The position numbers and the translations under genes are program-made. From positions 832,001-896,000 of the forward strand of contig CP060223.1 of the NCBI GenBank assembly GCA_023898465.1: a stretch of DNA of 64,000 bases, written 5' to 3'. The notes below the pieces were generated by a model. That model did no database searches. It saw nothing but the letters and a program-made list of their open reading frames with translations, and was not told the DNA's origin. The stretch's first letter is position 1. Each line of letters starts with the position of its first letter. Below are positions 9,705 through 17,624 of this stretch, one piece after another. The stretch is from Candidatus Nomurabacteria bacterium. Its GTDB lineage: Bacteria > Patescibacteriota > Patescibacteriia > HK-STAS-PATE-3.

Positions 9705-11249
9705 GAAACCATATTTCCTCGTCTACAACACTGGATCAATACCCAACCCAAGACGCTTTTTATCAGCATCGCCACGCTTGGTGGATTGGGCATACTCCTG
9801 AGCGCTGCCAGCGCAAACGGACTGGCCTTTGCTTTGCTGCTTGGTGGCATTGCTTTCTGGCTTGCCTTATTCCGACCACATTGGCTGGTCTTTCTTTTAG
9901 CTGCCTATATTCCTTTTGAACCTTTTGTACTCAAGTACGTTTCTGATGACCTGTATGTGTACATCCGGTACGCATCCGAATTACTCATCTACCTCCTGGT
10001 TTTTGCCGCGCTTGTCTATCGTCTGCGCTCCCGTACTCACTTCTCGCTAGGTCCAAACTCTTGGTGGCTAGTCTTTTTCTTCGGCAGCATCATCATAAGT
10101 ATTTTTATGAACTCCGTTCCTGTAGCCACGGCTATTTTAGGAACCCGTCAGATTATCCGCTTCATGCTACTTGGCTTAGCTGTAGTGAATCTACCTCTTT
10201 CCAAGCGCTTTGCAAAAACTATTCTCTGGATGATAATCGGTATCGCCGCACTGCAATCACTTATTGGATTAGGTCAATCACTCATCGGCGCCCCAGCTGA
10301 TAATATACTTATCCCAAGCGAAGAACGACTCTTTGGCTCAATTTTACTTACCCCAGGAACTGATCAATATTGGGAAGGTGGACAGCGTATTACTGCCACC
10401 ATGGGACGCTATGACCAACTAGGCACTTTTCTCTCTTTTGTACTCCTCTTAGTAGTTGGCTTATTGTACGAGCATCCCAAACTGCAAACTAAGCGTAAGT
10501 TGTTAGCCATACTCATGCTTGGAATTGCCGCACTCGCCTTAACATATTCACGTGCCTCCTGGTTTGGTTTTGCTCTGGGTTTTGGGGTGATAAGTGTCTT
10601 TTTGAAACGCGACAAACGAGTCATGATTGCGGGATTTTTACTCATCGCTTTTGTTGCACTCTACCCATTCTTTACCTCGCTAGTTGTTGACGACCTAATT
10701 GACCAACCGAACATGCCGATTGTTGATCGCTTGTATGAGGCTTTTTCCTATGAACGCTGGCGCAGTGAATACTATGGTCAGGGACGCGTCTTCTTTATTA
10801 TTGAAACTGCTACAAAGGTGTTCCCAGCTGCCCCGGTCTTTGGCTTTGGGCCTGGTCAATACGGAGGTGGAGCGGCTGCTGCACTTGCTAACACTACCGT
10901 CTACGATCAACTAGGTATCCCTTTTGGTATCTATGGCTATACCGGACAAATTGATAACAACTGGCTGGCCTTACTCGGTGAAACAGGCGCAGTCGGCGTC
11001 CTCCTTTATATGGCGCTCTTCCTCAGCATCATTCGCTATTCCTGGCGCGTCTATCGACAAAGTGAAGATAAGATGATTGCCGGATTTGCGCTTGGCTTGA
11101 TTGGTGCAATCTTGGCTGCTGCTTTTGAGGGCGCACTTGGTACTCACTTTGAAGTACGTACCCTGGGTGTCTATCTCTGGCTTTTCCCGGCTTTGCTTTT
11201 TGTCCTGCACGAAAAAACCTCCGACTATGAAAATCGTCCAAGTCAATAA
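9705..11249 (+). CDS. O-antigen ligase / Wzy-like family membrane protein (paralog 3); start uncertain (9663 or 9705)
   Basis: Polytopic protein with a YSRASWFGFALGFG Wzy_C-like block and a large extracytoplasmic loop. Confidence 0.55.
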   Translation, partial: ETIFPRLQHWINTQPKTLFISIATLGGLGILLSAASANGLAFALLLGGIAFWLALFRPHWLVFLLAAYIPFEPFVLKYVSDDLYVYIRYASELLIYLLVFAALVYRLRSRTHFSLGPNSWWLVFFFGSIIISIFMNSVPVATAILGTRQIIRFMLLGLAVVNLPLSKRFAKTILWMIIGIAALQSLIGLGQSLIGAPADNILIPSEERLFGSILLTPGTDQYWEGGQRITATMGRYDQLGTFLSFVLLLVVGLLYEHPKLQTKRKLLAILMLGIAALALTYSRASWFGFALGFGVISVFLKRDKRVMIAGFLLIAFVALYPFFTSLVVDDLIDQPNMPIVDRLYEAFSYERWRSEYYGQGRVFFIIETATKVFPAAPVFGFGPGQYGGGAAAALANTTVYDQLGIPFGIYGYTGQIDNNWLALLGETGAVGVLLYMALFLSIIRYSWRVYRQSEDKMIAGFALGLIGAILAAAFEGALGTHFEVRTLGVYLWLFPALLFVLHEKTSDYENRPSQ

Positions 11250-12468
11250 ATTCGCTTATCCCCGCGGTGGGGCTGAGCGACATATGCTCGACCTGATTAA
11301 AGTGCTGCAAGCCCATGGCCATGAGGTGTCGGTCTTTGCTATGCGTCATCCTGAGAATCTGCTCTGGCCTGATAGCGACCTCTTTGTCTCACAGGTCAAC
11401 TTTGAGCATCCACGTAGCTTTAGTGAAAAGTTGCGAGCTGCCGGACGAATGTTGTGGTCATTTGAGGCAGCGCGTAAATTCGGTGAACTGCTTGATCGAC
11501 GTCAACCTGATCTTGTGCACGTACACAATATCTATCATCAAATCTCGCCTTCAATATTACGTGAAGCAAAGAAGCGCGGCATACCGGTCGTCATGACTTT
11601 GCATGACTTCAAATTCATTGCGCCAAACTACTTACTATATGCCGATGGTAAAGTGAGTGAAGCTACTAAACCGAATAAATATTGGAAGCTCATCCCACAT
11701 CGGGAAATTAAACACTCCTTTGCTGCCTCATTACTTTGCGCTTTAGAAATGTATCTCCACAAAACGCTGCGGGTGTATGAAAAGTATGTTGATGTGTTTA
11801 TCGCACCAAGCCAATTCATGGCTGACAAAGTGCGTGAGTATGGCGTGCAAGCTAAAAGAGTTGAAGTGCTAGCAAACTTTATGCCTCAGCGCGACTTGCC
11901 AAGCTCGCAAGAGAAAGGCTATGCGCTTTTCTTCGGCCGCTTAGCAAAAGAAAAAGGTGTAGATGTGCTCATCGACGCCTGGCGCGAACTCAAAGACATC
12001 CCCCTGAAGATTGCCGGTACCGGACCGGAGGAATTAAAGCTGCGCCAACAAGCTGCTAGTGTTGCTGGTCATCAGATTAGCTTTGTTGGACATCAGAATG
12101 GTAAAGCTCTAGACAAATTAATTGCCGGCGCCCGTCTCATTGTGTTCCCTTCTCGTTGGTATGAAAACCAGCCCATGAGTTTAATTGAAGCATTTCGATT
12201 TCAGAAGCCGGTCATTGCCTCACGCCTAGGCGCCATCCCTGAACTCGTGCATAAAAACGACGGTGGGCGCTTAGTACCACCGAATGATTCCGGCTCTATT
12301 ACCGAAGCAGTCCGCGAGCTTTGGAATAATGCCGAGCTTCAACGCATGGGTGAATACAATTACCAGCGTAGTTTACTTTTTTCCAGCGAAGGGTATTATG
12401 AAAAATACCTATCGCTCTTTGATGAGATTAGTGACAAGTCTCAGTCTCGCACTGAAACTGCTCAGTAG
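11227..12468 (+). CDS. Family 4 glycosyltransferase (GT4, GT-B fold)
   Basis: MKIVQVNKFAYPRGGAERH N-terminal motif and C-terminal EAFRFQKPVIASRLGAIPELV (the E-x7-E region). Start at 11227 overlaps the upstream gene by 23 nt. The ORF-track start at 11101 lies inside the upstream gene. Confidence 0.85.
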   Translation: MKIVQVNKFAYPRGGAERHMLDLIKVLQAHGHEVSVFAMRHPENLLWPDSDLFVSQVNFEHPRSFSEKLRAAGRMLWSFEAARKFGELLDRRQPDLVHVHNIYHQISPSILREAKKRGIPVVMTLHDFKFIAPNYLLYADGKVSEATKPNKYWKLIPHREIKHSFAASLLCALEMYLHKTLRVYEKYVDVFIAPSQFMADKVREYGVQAKRVEVLANFMPQRDLPSSQEKGYALFFGRLAKEKGVDVLIDAWRELKDIPLKIAGTGPEELKLRQQAASVAGHQISFVGHQNGKALDKLIAGARLIVFPSRWYENQPMSLIEAFRFQKPVIASRLGAIPELVHKNDGGRLVPPNDSGSITEAVRELWNNAELQRMGEYNYQRSLLFSSEGYYEKYLSLFDEISDKSQSRTETAQ

Positions 12469-12513
12469 TCTTGTCTTTCCGCACCTTACAGCACTCGCAA
12501 CCTTGGAGGGAGT

Positions 12514-12909
12514 ATGCGACGTTTCTTTTTGGCACTAGGCTTTTTGAGTGGCTTGGGACTCGTGCTCGGCGCTTTCTGTTTCTTCGTCCACATTACCGTG
12601 GACTGGCATGAGAGTCGAAATGAGGTACATCGCATCGGCAACATCGCCAGTCATATCATCAAAGTGAAGGAGGCAACGGGCGAATGGCCGAGCAGGATCG
12701 AAGGCGATGAAACCGACTTCTGGGGCCAACACTATCAAGTGATTCGCGAAACAGCAAGCGTCTGCGCCCTTGTCTCAAAAGGGCCAAACGAACGACTGGA
12801 CACAAACGGTCGCTCGCTGATCAACAGGAAGAAAAATGGAGATGACATCGTCATCTTGATCGAGTCTCAAACGGAGGGACAGGGATTTGTCCAACAAGTG
12901 CTACGCTAG
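12514..12909 (+). CDS. Hypothetical membrane-anchored protein (131 aa), high-GC
   Basis: SD ggaggga before the ATG. N-terminal TM helix. No known motif. Confidence 0.45.
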   Translation: MRRFFLALGFLSGLGLVLGAFCFFVHITVDWHESRNEVHRIGNIASHIIKVKEATGEWPSRIEGDETDFWGQHYQVIRETASVCALVSKGPNERLDTNGRSLINRKKNGDDIVILIESQTEGQGFVQQVLR

Positions 12910-12940
12910 GAGATGAGGCAGTATTGTAGGGATACAGTAC

Positions 12941-13026
12941 TGCTTTTTCTTTTACCACGGCGAGGCAGAGAAGTCCCACCTATGTGTTTATTATTACCCA
13001 ATAGCCAAGGCGTCCCGGCCTTGGCA
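12941..13026. repeat. REP-like structured repeat, copy A (core acggcgaggcagagaagtccc...cccaatagccaaggcgtcccggccttggc)
   Basis: 85-90% identical to the copies at 13882-13966 and 16604-16686. Contains the imperfect palindrome gccaaggc-gtc(c/t)cg-gccttggc and terminal 8-bp inverted repeats (gagacgcc/ggcgtctc in copies B and C). Sits immediately after a terminator T-run. Confidence 0.7.
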
Positions 13027-13052
13027 GTTTTTTTCTTTTACCTTACGCATTG

Positions 13053-13082
13053 ACAATTTTCGTATTTTAGGGTAGAATGCTC
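13053..13082 (+). promoter_or_regulatory. Consensus-like sigma70 promoter TTGACA-17-TAGAAT
   Basis: ttgacaattttcgtattttagggtagaat read directly. Confidence 0.65.
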
Positions 13083-13167
13083 AGTCATAATCTGACACCG
13101 TTTTTTGACACCGTTGACGGAAAGTCGTCAACAAGAACTCACGCAACCCTATCAGAGGAGGGGCGTC

Positions 13168-13803
13168 ATGTGCGACTTGATCCGGGTATACTTCGACTGT
13201 ATGCGACACGGGGAGAGGGAGGGAGATCAACTCACCGCCCTCGGAACCAGGCAGGTCTCTGCCTCGGCTGAGGCCAACCTGGCTGGAACGCGCTATCTCT
13301 TGGCCTTCCACACAGGGATGACCCGCACTTACCAGACCGCCGAGACTATCCTTTCTACCCTGGAGGGGGCCGGCTCCTTGACCCCTCGAGCAGAAGAGGG
13401 CTTCGGCGTGGTTTGGGCACTGAATCAAAAGTGGCCTATCCAGACCGCCCAAGACCAGATCAAGAGTCTCGTAGCCAGCGGCGCTGCTGAGACTGCCGCT
13501 CTTTGGACCTCCTCCTGGCCACCCGCCCTCGCCATCCTTGGACGCTTCCTTGGCACGCTGGAGAAGTGGACAACCTATGCAGCCATGCGTGCTGCTGAAG
13601 ACGGATCACCGGTCGGTGATGGAGTCCGGTTCTTAGTGGCCAGCCACAGCCCCTGCGCTGAACTCGCCGCCCTCGATCCTTCCGCCACTCCGCGTCTCGG
13701 CCCGGCTGACGGTATCACCTACGAAATCGAGGTGGACATCAGAAACCTCGGGATAGTGATCACCTCCTCCGAGGTCTGGCGCTGCCCCGAAGGAGTCGAG
13801 TAG
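13168..13803 (+). CDS. Histidine phosphatase superfamily protein (phosphoglycerate-mutase-like branch)
   Basis: Perfect SD gaggagg before ATG at 13168 (MCDLIRVYFDCMRHGEREG...). The RHGE catalytic motif sits near the N-terminus and a later ASHSP His motif follows. High-GC. Confidence 0.55.
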   Translation: MCDLIRVYFDCMRHGEREGDQLTALGTRQVSASAEANLAGTRYLLAFHTGMTRTYQTAETILSTLEGAGSLTPRAEEGFGVVWALNQKWPIQTAQDQIKSLVASGAAETAALWTSSWPPALAILGRFLGTLEKWTTYAAMRAAEDGSPVGDGVRFLVASHSPCAELAALDPSATPRLGPADGITYEIEVDIRNLGIVITSSEVWRCPEGVE

Positions 13804-13857
13804 CTTTCCCGCTCTTTCGCCCTGAGACGCTCAGCGTCTTCACCCGGGCACCCGAAG

Positions 13858-13888
13858 CCGTAGACTTCTCCAGTCTGCGGCTTTTTTC
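13858..13888 (+). terminator. Rho-independent terminator (ccgtagac-ttctcca-gtctgcgg then cttttttc)
   Basis: 8-bp stem with one mismatch plus a T-run, read directly. Confidence 0.6.
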
Positions 13889-13966
13889 TTTTACCACGGC
13901 GGGACAGAGACGCCCCTCCTATGTGCTTATTATTACCCCATAGCCAAGGCGTCTCGGCCTTGGCGG
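13882..13966. repeat. REP-like structured repeat, copy B
   Basis: See copy A. Core acggcgggacagagacgcccctcctatgtgcttattattaccccatagccaaggcgtctcggccttggcgg. Confidence 0.7.
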
Positions 13967-13987
13967 AGCTTATGAAGACTTGAAAAA

Positions 13988-14016
13988 AACACATGTTCGT
14001 GTATGATGGCCTCGAT
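13988..14016 (+). promoter_or_regulatory. sigma70-like promoter TTGAAA-16-TATGAT
   Basis: Read directly upstream of the 14059 gene. Confidence 0.5.
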
Positions 14017-14058
14017 CACATAATGTACCTTGCAGATAACAAGTAGGAGGTATCAGAC

Positions 14059-14391
14059 ATGTCTGGCTTCGGAATTTCCCTCACTGAATATGAGATAGGA
14101 TTCAGCTCTCAGGATCCTTGGAGTTTTACTGACAGACTCTCCCGATTGGGAGTCATGACCACCCATGGCCTGATCGTCGGGGAACTGTCATCAGGACAGG
14201 GTGACGCGATTCTCTGGATCGATGAAGCATCTCTCTCATCAGTCCCGATCCAATGGGTCGTTCCAAAATCAGCCCACACACTTCATGGAGTCACCACACA
14301 CATTGTGGAAATTCCTGAAGATGAAATCATTTGCTTCGCCGATCCTCCCAAGCCGATCCGTGCCTATGGCATAGACCCCGGACTTCTATGA
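14059..14391 (+). CDS. Hypothetical protein (110 aa), high-GC
   Basis: SD aggagg 7 nt before the ATG. No known motif. Confidence 0.45.
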   Translation: MSGFGISLTEYEIGFSSQDPWSFTDRLSRLGVMTTHGLIVGELSSGQGDAILWIDEASLSSVPIQWVVPKSAHTLHGVTTHIVEIPEDEIICFADPPKPIRAYGIDPGLL

Positions 14392-14411
14392 CTGTCCACT
14401 ACGACACCCAT

Positions 14412-14445
14412 CACTTCCTGATAGGGTGTCTTTCTTTTACATTGA
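14412..14445 (+). terminator. Rho-independent terminator (gacaccc ... gggtgtc then tttctttt)
   Basis: 7-bp stem plus a T-run, read directly. Confidence 0.55.
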
Positions 14446-14448
14446 CCC

Positions 14449-14478
14449 AATACCTCATTCTTGCTAATCTGGGCCCGC
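14449..14478 (+). promoter_or_regulatory. sigma70-like promoter TTGACC-17-TAATCT
   Basis: Read directly upstream of the 14540 gene. Confidence 0.5.
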
Positions 14479-14539
14479 TACTGCTAGCACTTGAGAGTCT
14501 AGCTCATTGGAAATTGAATCCAACCAGTGAGGGAAACAC

Positions 14540-15028
14540 ATGCGACTCCAAATCACCGTGACGAATGATGTCGACGTCGACGTCATTCATCGAGTTCTCA
14601 AATCCCCTGCGTTCGCCAACAAGCTCTTCCATGAGATCGTCGGCACGCTCTTTCCTGAACAGACGGTGGGGCCAGCCGAGTTCATGATCGAGGAGCCGGT
14701 ACGAGCACTGGGCTGTGTCCCTGAGACGCCTCTCGGGATCCGACTCACCCTACTCGAAGTAAGGCAGGATAGGATCCCGGTCAAGACCTTCCACCAACTG
14801 GTGGCAAAGATGACTGAGCTACTCGGAACCGCCTTGACTGCCTACCTTGGACCCAGGGCGGGTCATGTTCAGACCTGCAGCTTCCTGATGCTCGACCGCG
14901 CCATCGAAACGACGCCTGGTAGCGGGATACTGAGCACGGTCATCAACTCGGAACCTCGCTGGGTCGACCTGAGGACCTACCCCGGAGTCACCGAGTCCGC
15001 TACGACGCCGGTCGGAGCCTGCGGCTAG
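14540..15028 (+). CDS. Hypothetical protein (162 aa), high-GC
   Basis: SD gagggaa before the ATG. No known motif. Confidence 0.45.
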   Translation: MRLQITVTNDVDVDVIHRVLKSPAFANKLFHEIVGTLFPEQTVGPAEFMIEEPVRALGCVPETPLGIRLTLLEVRQDRIPVKTFHQLVAKMTELLGTALTAYLGPRAGHVQTCSFLMLDRAIETTPGSGILSTVINSEPRWVDLRTYPGVTESATTPVGACG

Positions 15029-15041
15029 CCGCGACCACAAA

Positions 15042-15080
15042 ACACCCGATTGCTTTACGTAATCGGGTGTCTTCCTTTTC
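15042..15080. terminator. Bidirectional hairpin terminator (acacccgatt-N9-aatcgggtgt) with T-runs on both strands
   Basis: 10-bp stem. cttccttttc follows on the plus strand and tttt on the minus strand (complement of caaaa at 15038-15041). Lies between convergent genes. Confidence 0.6.
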
Positions 15081-16043
15081 TTAAGATCCAAATACATTCT
15101 CAAATAAAACGCCAAGCGGATTACTGAGAATCCAAAGTAAGTACGCGTAGCCAAATAATTGTAGCGCCACAAGCACCAACACAAGTGACCAAATACTCGC
15201 CGCAATCCATAGCTCAACCTTCCCCATCTTCCAGCGCTCACGTTTCAAAATGTGTCCCATAACTAACTGAACACCCCAGATCAATATAGTAATAACGATA
15301 CCAACCACGGTAATACCGCTACCAACTTTGGCAACTAAGAGTATGTTCTTAAACTGTTGGAATTTTTTTGCTGCTAAGGCCCCAACTGCAGCTGCATCAG
15401 CAGCGCCTCGGACACCTTCTCCTCGTAGGAGAGCCTCGGCACCACTGGCCACTCCACGGGCTCGGGCTTGACCGAGCCCACGCTTCAAGGCTCTTTGTTC
15501 TGCTACCTTACCTAAGCGAGTGGTTGGTTGGGAAGCCTTTTCCTGTTGGGTAATTTCATCGCCTAGTTTACCTCCAACTTTATCTACTAGTCTCTGGCCT
15601 ATAGAAGGATCTTTTGTCGTTGTTCTAGGCTGCGCTGCTTTATTCGCGACCTCTCCGTTCCTTGCTCGTTTTAGTGCCGCCTGATTATATTGCTGAGGCC
15701 TCTGTTTACTTGAAACAGAATTGGCAGGCTGCGCACTAGTTTGTGTTGCATCTTGCCCTGCAAAAGCTTGAGAGGGTGAGTTTACTTGTGCCTCGTCTTG
15801 TGATTCCTGTACATCAGCCTGAGCATGACCAAGACTATCTGCAGCAATCGCTGTGCCTAGATTAGCCGCATCATTAAAAGGCGTCCCGGTTGCTAAAATA
15901 GGTCGTATGTTTTGCGGATTGGCTTTTTTTTGACGCGCCCGACGTCGTAAACGACTCAACAAACGTTGCTGCACCTCTGGATTTCGAGGCTCAGTCGCTT
16001 GTGTGCCAGTCCCTCGCGATTGTGTTTGTTGCTCCATGCTCAC
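15081..16043 (-). CDS. Hypothetical membrane protein: long Q/A/S-rich low-complexity N-terminal region plus 3-4 C-terminal TM helices
   Basis: 320 aa. Compositionally biased N-terminal two-thirds. Hydrophobic C-terminus (ILLVAKVGSGITVVGIVITILIW...). Confidence 0.45.
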   Translation of the reverse strand: MSMEQQTQSRGTGTQATEPRNPEVQQRLLSRLRRRARQKKANPQNIRPILATGTPFNDAANLGTAIAADSLGHAQADVQESQDEAQVNSPSQAFAGQDATQTSAQPANSVSSKQRPQQYNQAALKRARNGEVANKAAQPRTTTKDPSIGQRLVDKVGGKLGDEITQQEKASQPTTRLGKVAEQRALKRGLGQARARGVASGAEALLRGEGVRGAADAAAVGALAAKKFQQFKNILLVAKVGSGITVVGIVITILIWGVQLVMGHILKRERWKMGKVELWIAASIWSLVLVLVALQLFGYAYLLWILSNPLGVLFENVFGS

Positions 16044-16173
16044 TAAACTGTACGAAAAAAAAGACTTTCGAGCAAGTTCAAGATAAAATCACTTGCTGAT
16101 CAAATAAACATAGAGTAGTATGCATTTGTCGGGGTTCTACCGACTTTGCACCTTCGCATCGAAGGAGGTCTCC

Positions 16174-16380
16174 ATGCATTCATTGCTCACTTTCAGCGTT
16201 TCAGTCGCTGCATACATCGTCTTTGTGATCCTATCGGCCCGCTTCTGTGGAATGAACGATCGGGCTATGCGGCTCGCCGGTTTGATTGATCGGGTTTCTT
16301 ACCCGTCCAAGATCGAGCCCGAAGACAAATCGGCGTGGCCCCGCGCTCGCACCAAGGAGGAAGTGCCATTAGCGAGTTGA
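16174..16380 (+). CDS. Small membrane protein (68 aa)
   Basis: SD gaaggagg before ATG at 16174 (MHSLLTFSVSVAAYIVFVIL...). A hairpin terminator follows. Confidence 0.4.
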   Translation: MHSLLTFSVSVAAYIVFVILSARFCGMNDRAMRLAGLIDRVSYPSKIEPEDKSAWPRARTKEEVPLAS

Positions 16381-16394
16381 TCTCAGAACCGGTC

Positions 16395-16432
16395 TGACGC
16401 CGTACCTAGCAAGGTGCGGCGTCTTCTTTATG
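16395..16432 (+). terminator. Rho-independent terminator (gacgccg ... cggcgtc then ttctttatg)
   Basis: 7-bp stem plus a T-rich tail, read directly. Confidence 0.5.
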
Positions 16433-16994
16433 TAAAACCTTTTTCCTCATATGCGTGATAAGAAGACCAATTCCAATCCTTTGGATCTTTTACCAAGCTA
16501 GCACGTACTGGATTGTAGTGGATATAATGAATGAGATGGTGGAGATATTGGTCAGTATCTACTACGCGGTCATAAAAAGAATCTTGCCATATCTTTTTCA
16601 TGCGACGGCGGGACAGAGACGCCCCGCCTATATGTTTATTATTACCCATAGCCAAGGCGTCTCGGCCTTGGCGGGGTATATCGGCGTCTCGGCCTTGGCG
16701 AGACTTATACATTTGTTGAGTCGTATAACTTTTAATACTATGCATCACCTCCGACACATTCTTCTTCCCTATTATCTCAAACAACACATGGATGTGATCT
16801 GGCATCACCACGTAGGCTAGCAGCCGTATCCAATGTTTCTTATGCAAGAAGAACAGAGTCTCAACGACAATCCTGGAGAGTTCTTTATTCAAGAATAGCT
16901 TTTTCCGTCGGTGGGTATTTGCGGTGACAAAATACACCCTTGTTTCAGCGTTGTAGGTACGACGAAGACGAGACATGAGGACACCTCGTGCCAC
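16428..16994 (-). mobile_element. REP-associated tyrosine transposase (RAYT / TnpA_REP, IS200-IS605 Y1 HUH family) carrying an in-frame REP-like insertion of about 33 codons between the HuH and catalytic-Tyr regions
   Basis: Co-linear with E. coli RayT motifs: VYFVTANTHRRKKLF, AYVVMPDHIHVLF (HuH), IWQDSFYDRVV and DTDQYLHHLIHYIHYNPVRASLV...DWNWSSY. The segment SRQGRDADIPRQGRDALAMGNNKHIGGASLSRRR is encoded by repeat copy C. Confidence 0.75.
16604..16710. repeat. REP-like structured repeat, copy C (core plus a partial tandem 3-prime hairpin) inside the RAYT coding sequence
   Basis: acggcgggacagagacgccccgcctatatgtttattattacccatagccaaggcgtctcggccttggcgggg followed by tatatcggcgtctcggccttggcgagac. 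Confidence 0.7.
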
Positions 16995-17039
16995 CGTTTG
17001 TCTATCTTCACACTAAACTAATCCTTTTACCTTGGCAAA

Positions 17040-17624
17040 CTACCCATACTTCGCCAGAAGTAATCGGGCTGCCTCGCGAATATCTTCCACCCGGTAAAAG
17101 ATAAACTTACCTTGCGTGCTAATGCCCCATTCTAGTATTAATCCCTTCTTCGGCATACGGCACGCCAAGAGAATACGTTGTTTTTCAGCAGGGCTAAGAA
17201 ATTTTTTTAACCCAATGCTTTGGGTGAGTTTACCTTTTTGATAGGTGTAACTAGCTGTCACTTTCCCATAGCGCATGAGGTTCACAATTGGGCCACGAGT
17301 TGCTTCAATAACTACGCGATCACGCTCCAGTAAAATTGTGCCGCCTTTTTTCCATTTCCATGAAGGGTAGACAACAAACAAGGCGCGATGAGGGTGCTCG
17401 CGCTGCAGACGATCAACAGTGGCGGCAACTTTACTTGGTGCCACCCAATTCGCATACAAGTTTTTCCACGGACCACCGCGTACTTCCACAGTGCGAATTG
17501 TCCAGCCACGATATGCATCAATGTTTTGAATACCACGCAGCTCTTTTGAAGAACGCACAAATTGCCACTCAGGATGAGGTAGACCAGCTGCGTCTATTTT
17601 CTTTAGCCCTTGTAGGATGGTCAT
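17040..17624 (-). CDS. Truncated ATP-grasp-like protein related to the PEP-synthase/PPDK N-terminal nucleotide-binding domain (lacks the Gly-rich loop)
   Basis: AAGLPHPEWQFV resembles the aGlPVPpGFvi segment. VVIEATRGPIVNLMRYGKVTASYTY aligns with LIIEAGFGLGEAVVSGQITPDSYVV of the gene at 33780-34745. 4-nt overlap with the upstream gene. Confidence 0.4.
   Translation of the reverse strand: MTILQGLKKIDAAGLPHPEWQFVRSSKELRGIQNIDAYRGWTIRTVEVRGGPWKNLYANWVAPSKVAATVDRLQREHPHRALFVVYPSWKWKKGGTILLERDRVVIEATRGPIVNLMRYGKVTASYTYQKGKLTQSIGLKKFLSPAEKQRILLACRMPKKGLILEWGISTQGKFIFYRVEDIREAARLLLAKYG

Noticed and set aside
13719-13994. 91-aa minus-strand ORF containing the GNNKHIGGASLSRR peptide
   Set aside because: It reads through REP-like repeat copy B and a terminator in antisense. 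The similarity to the RAYT insertion segment comes from the shared repeat DNA, not from a gene.
17040-17624. 194-aa protein as an unrelated hypothetical
   Set aside because: Initially no motif was seen. Kept as a candidate truncated ATP-grasp because of the IEAxxG...SY block and the LPHPEWQFV segment, but confidence stays low.
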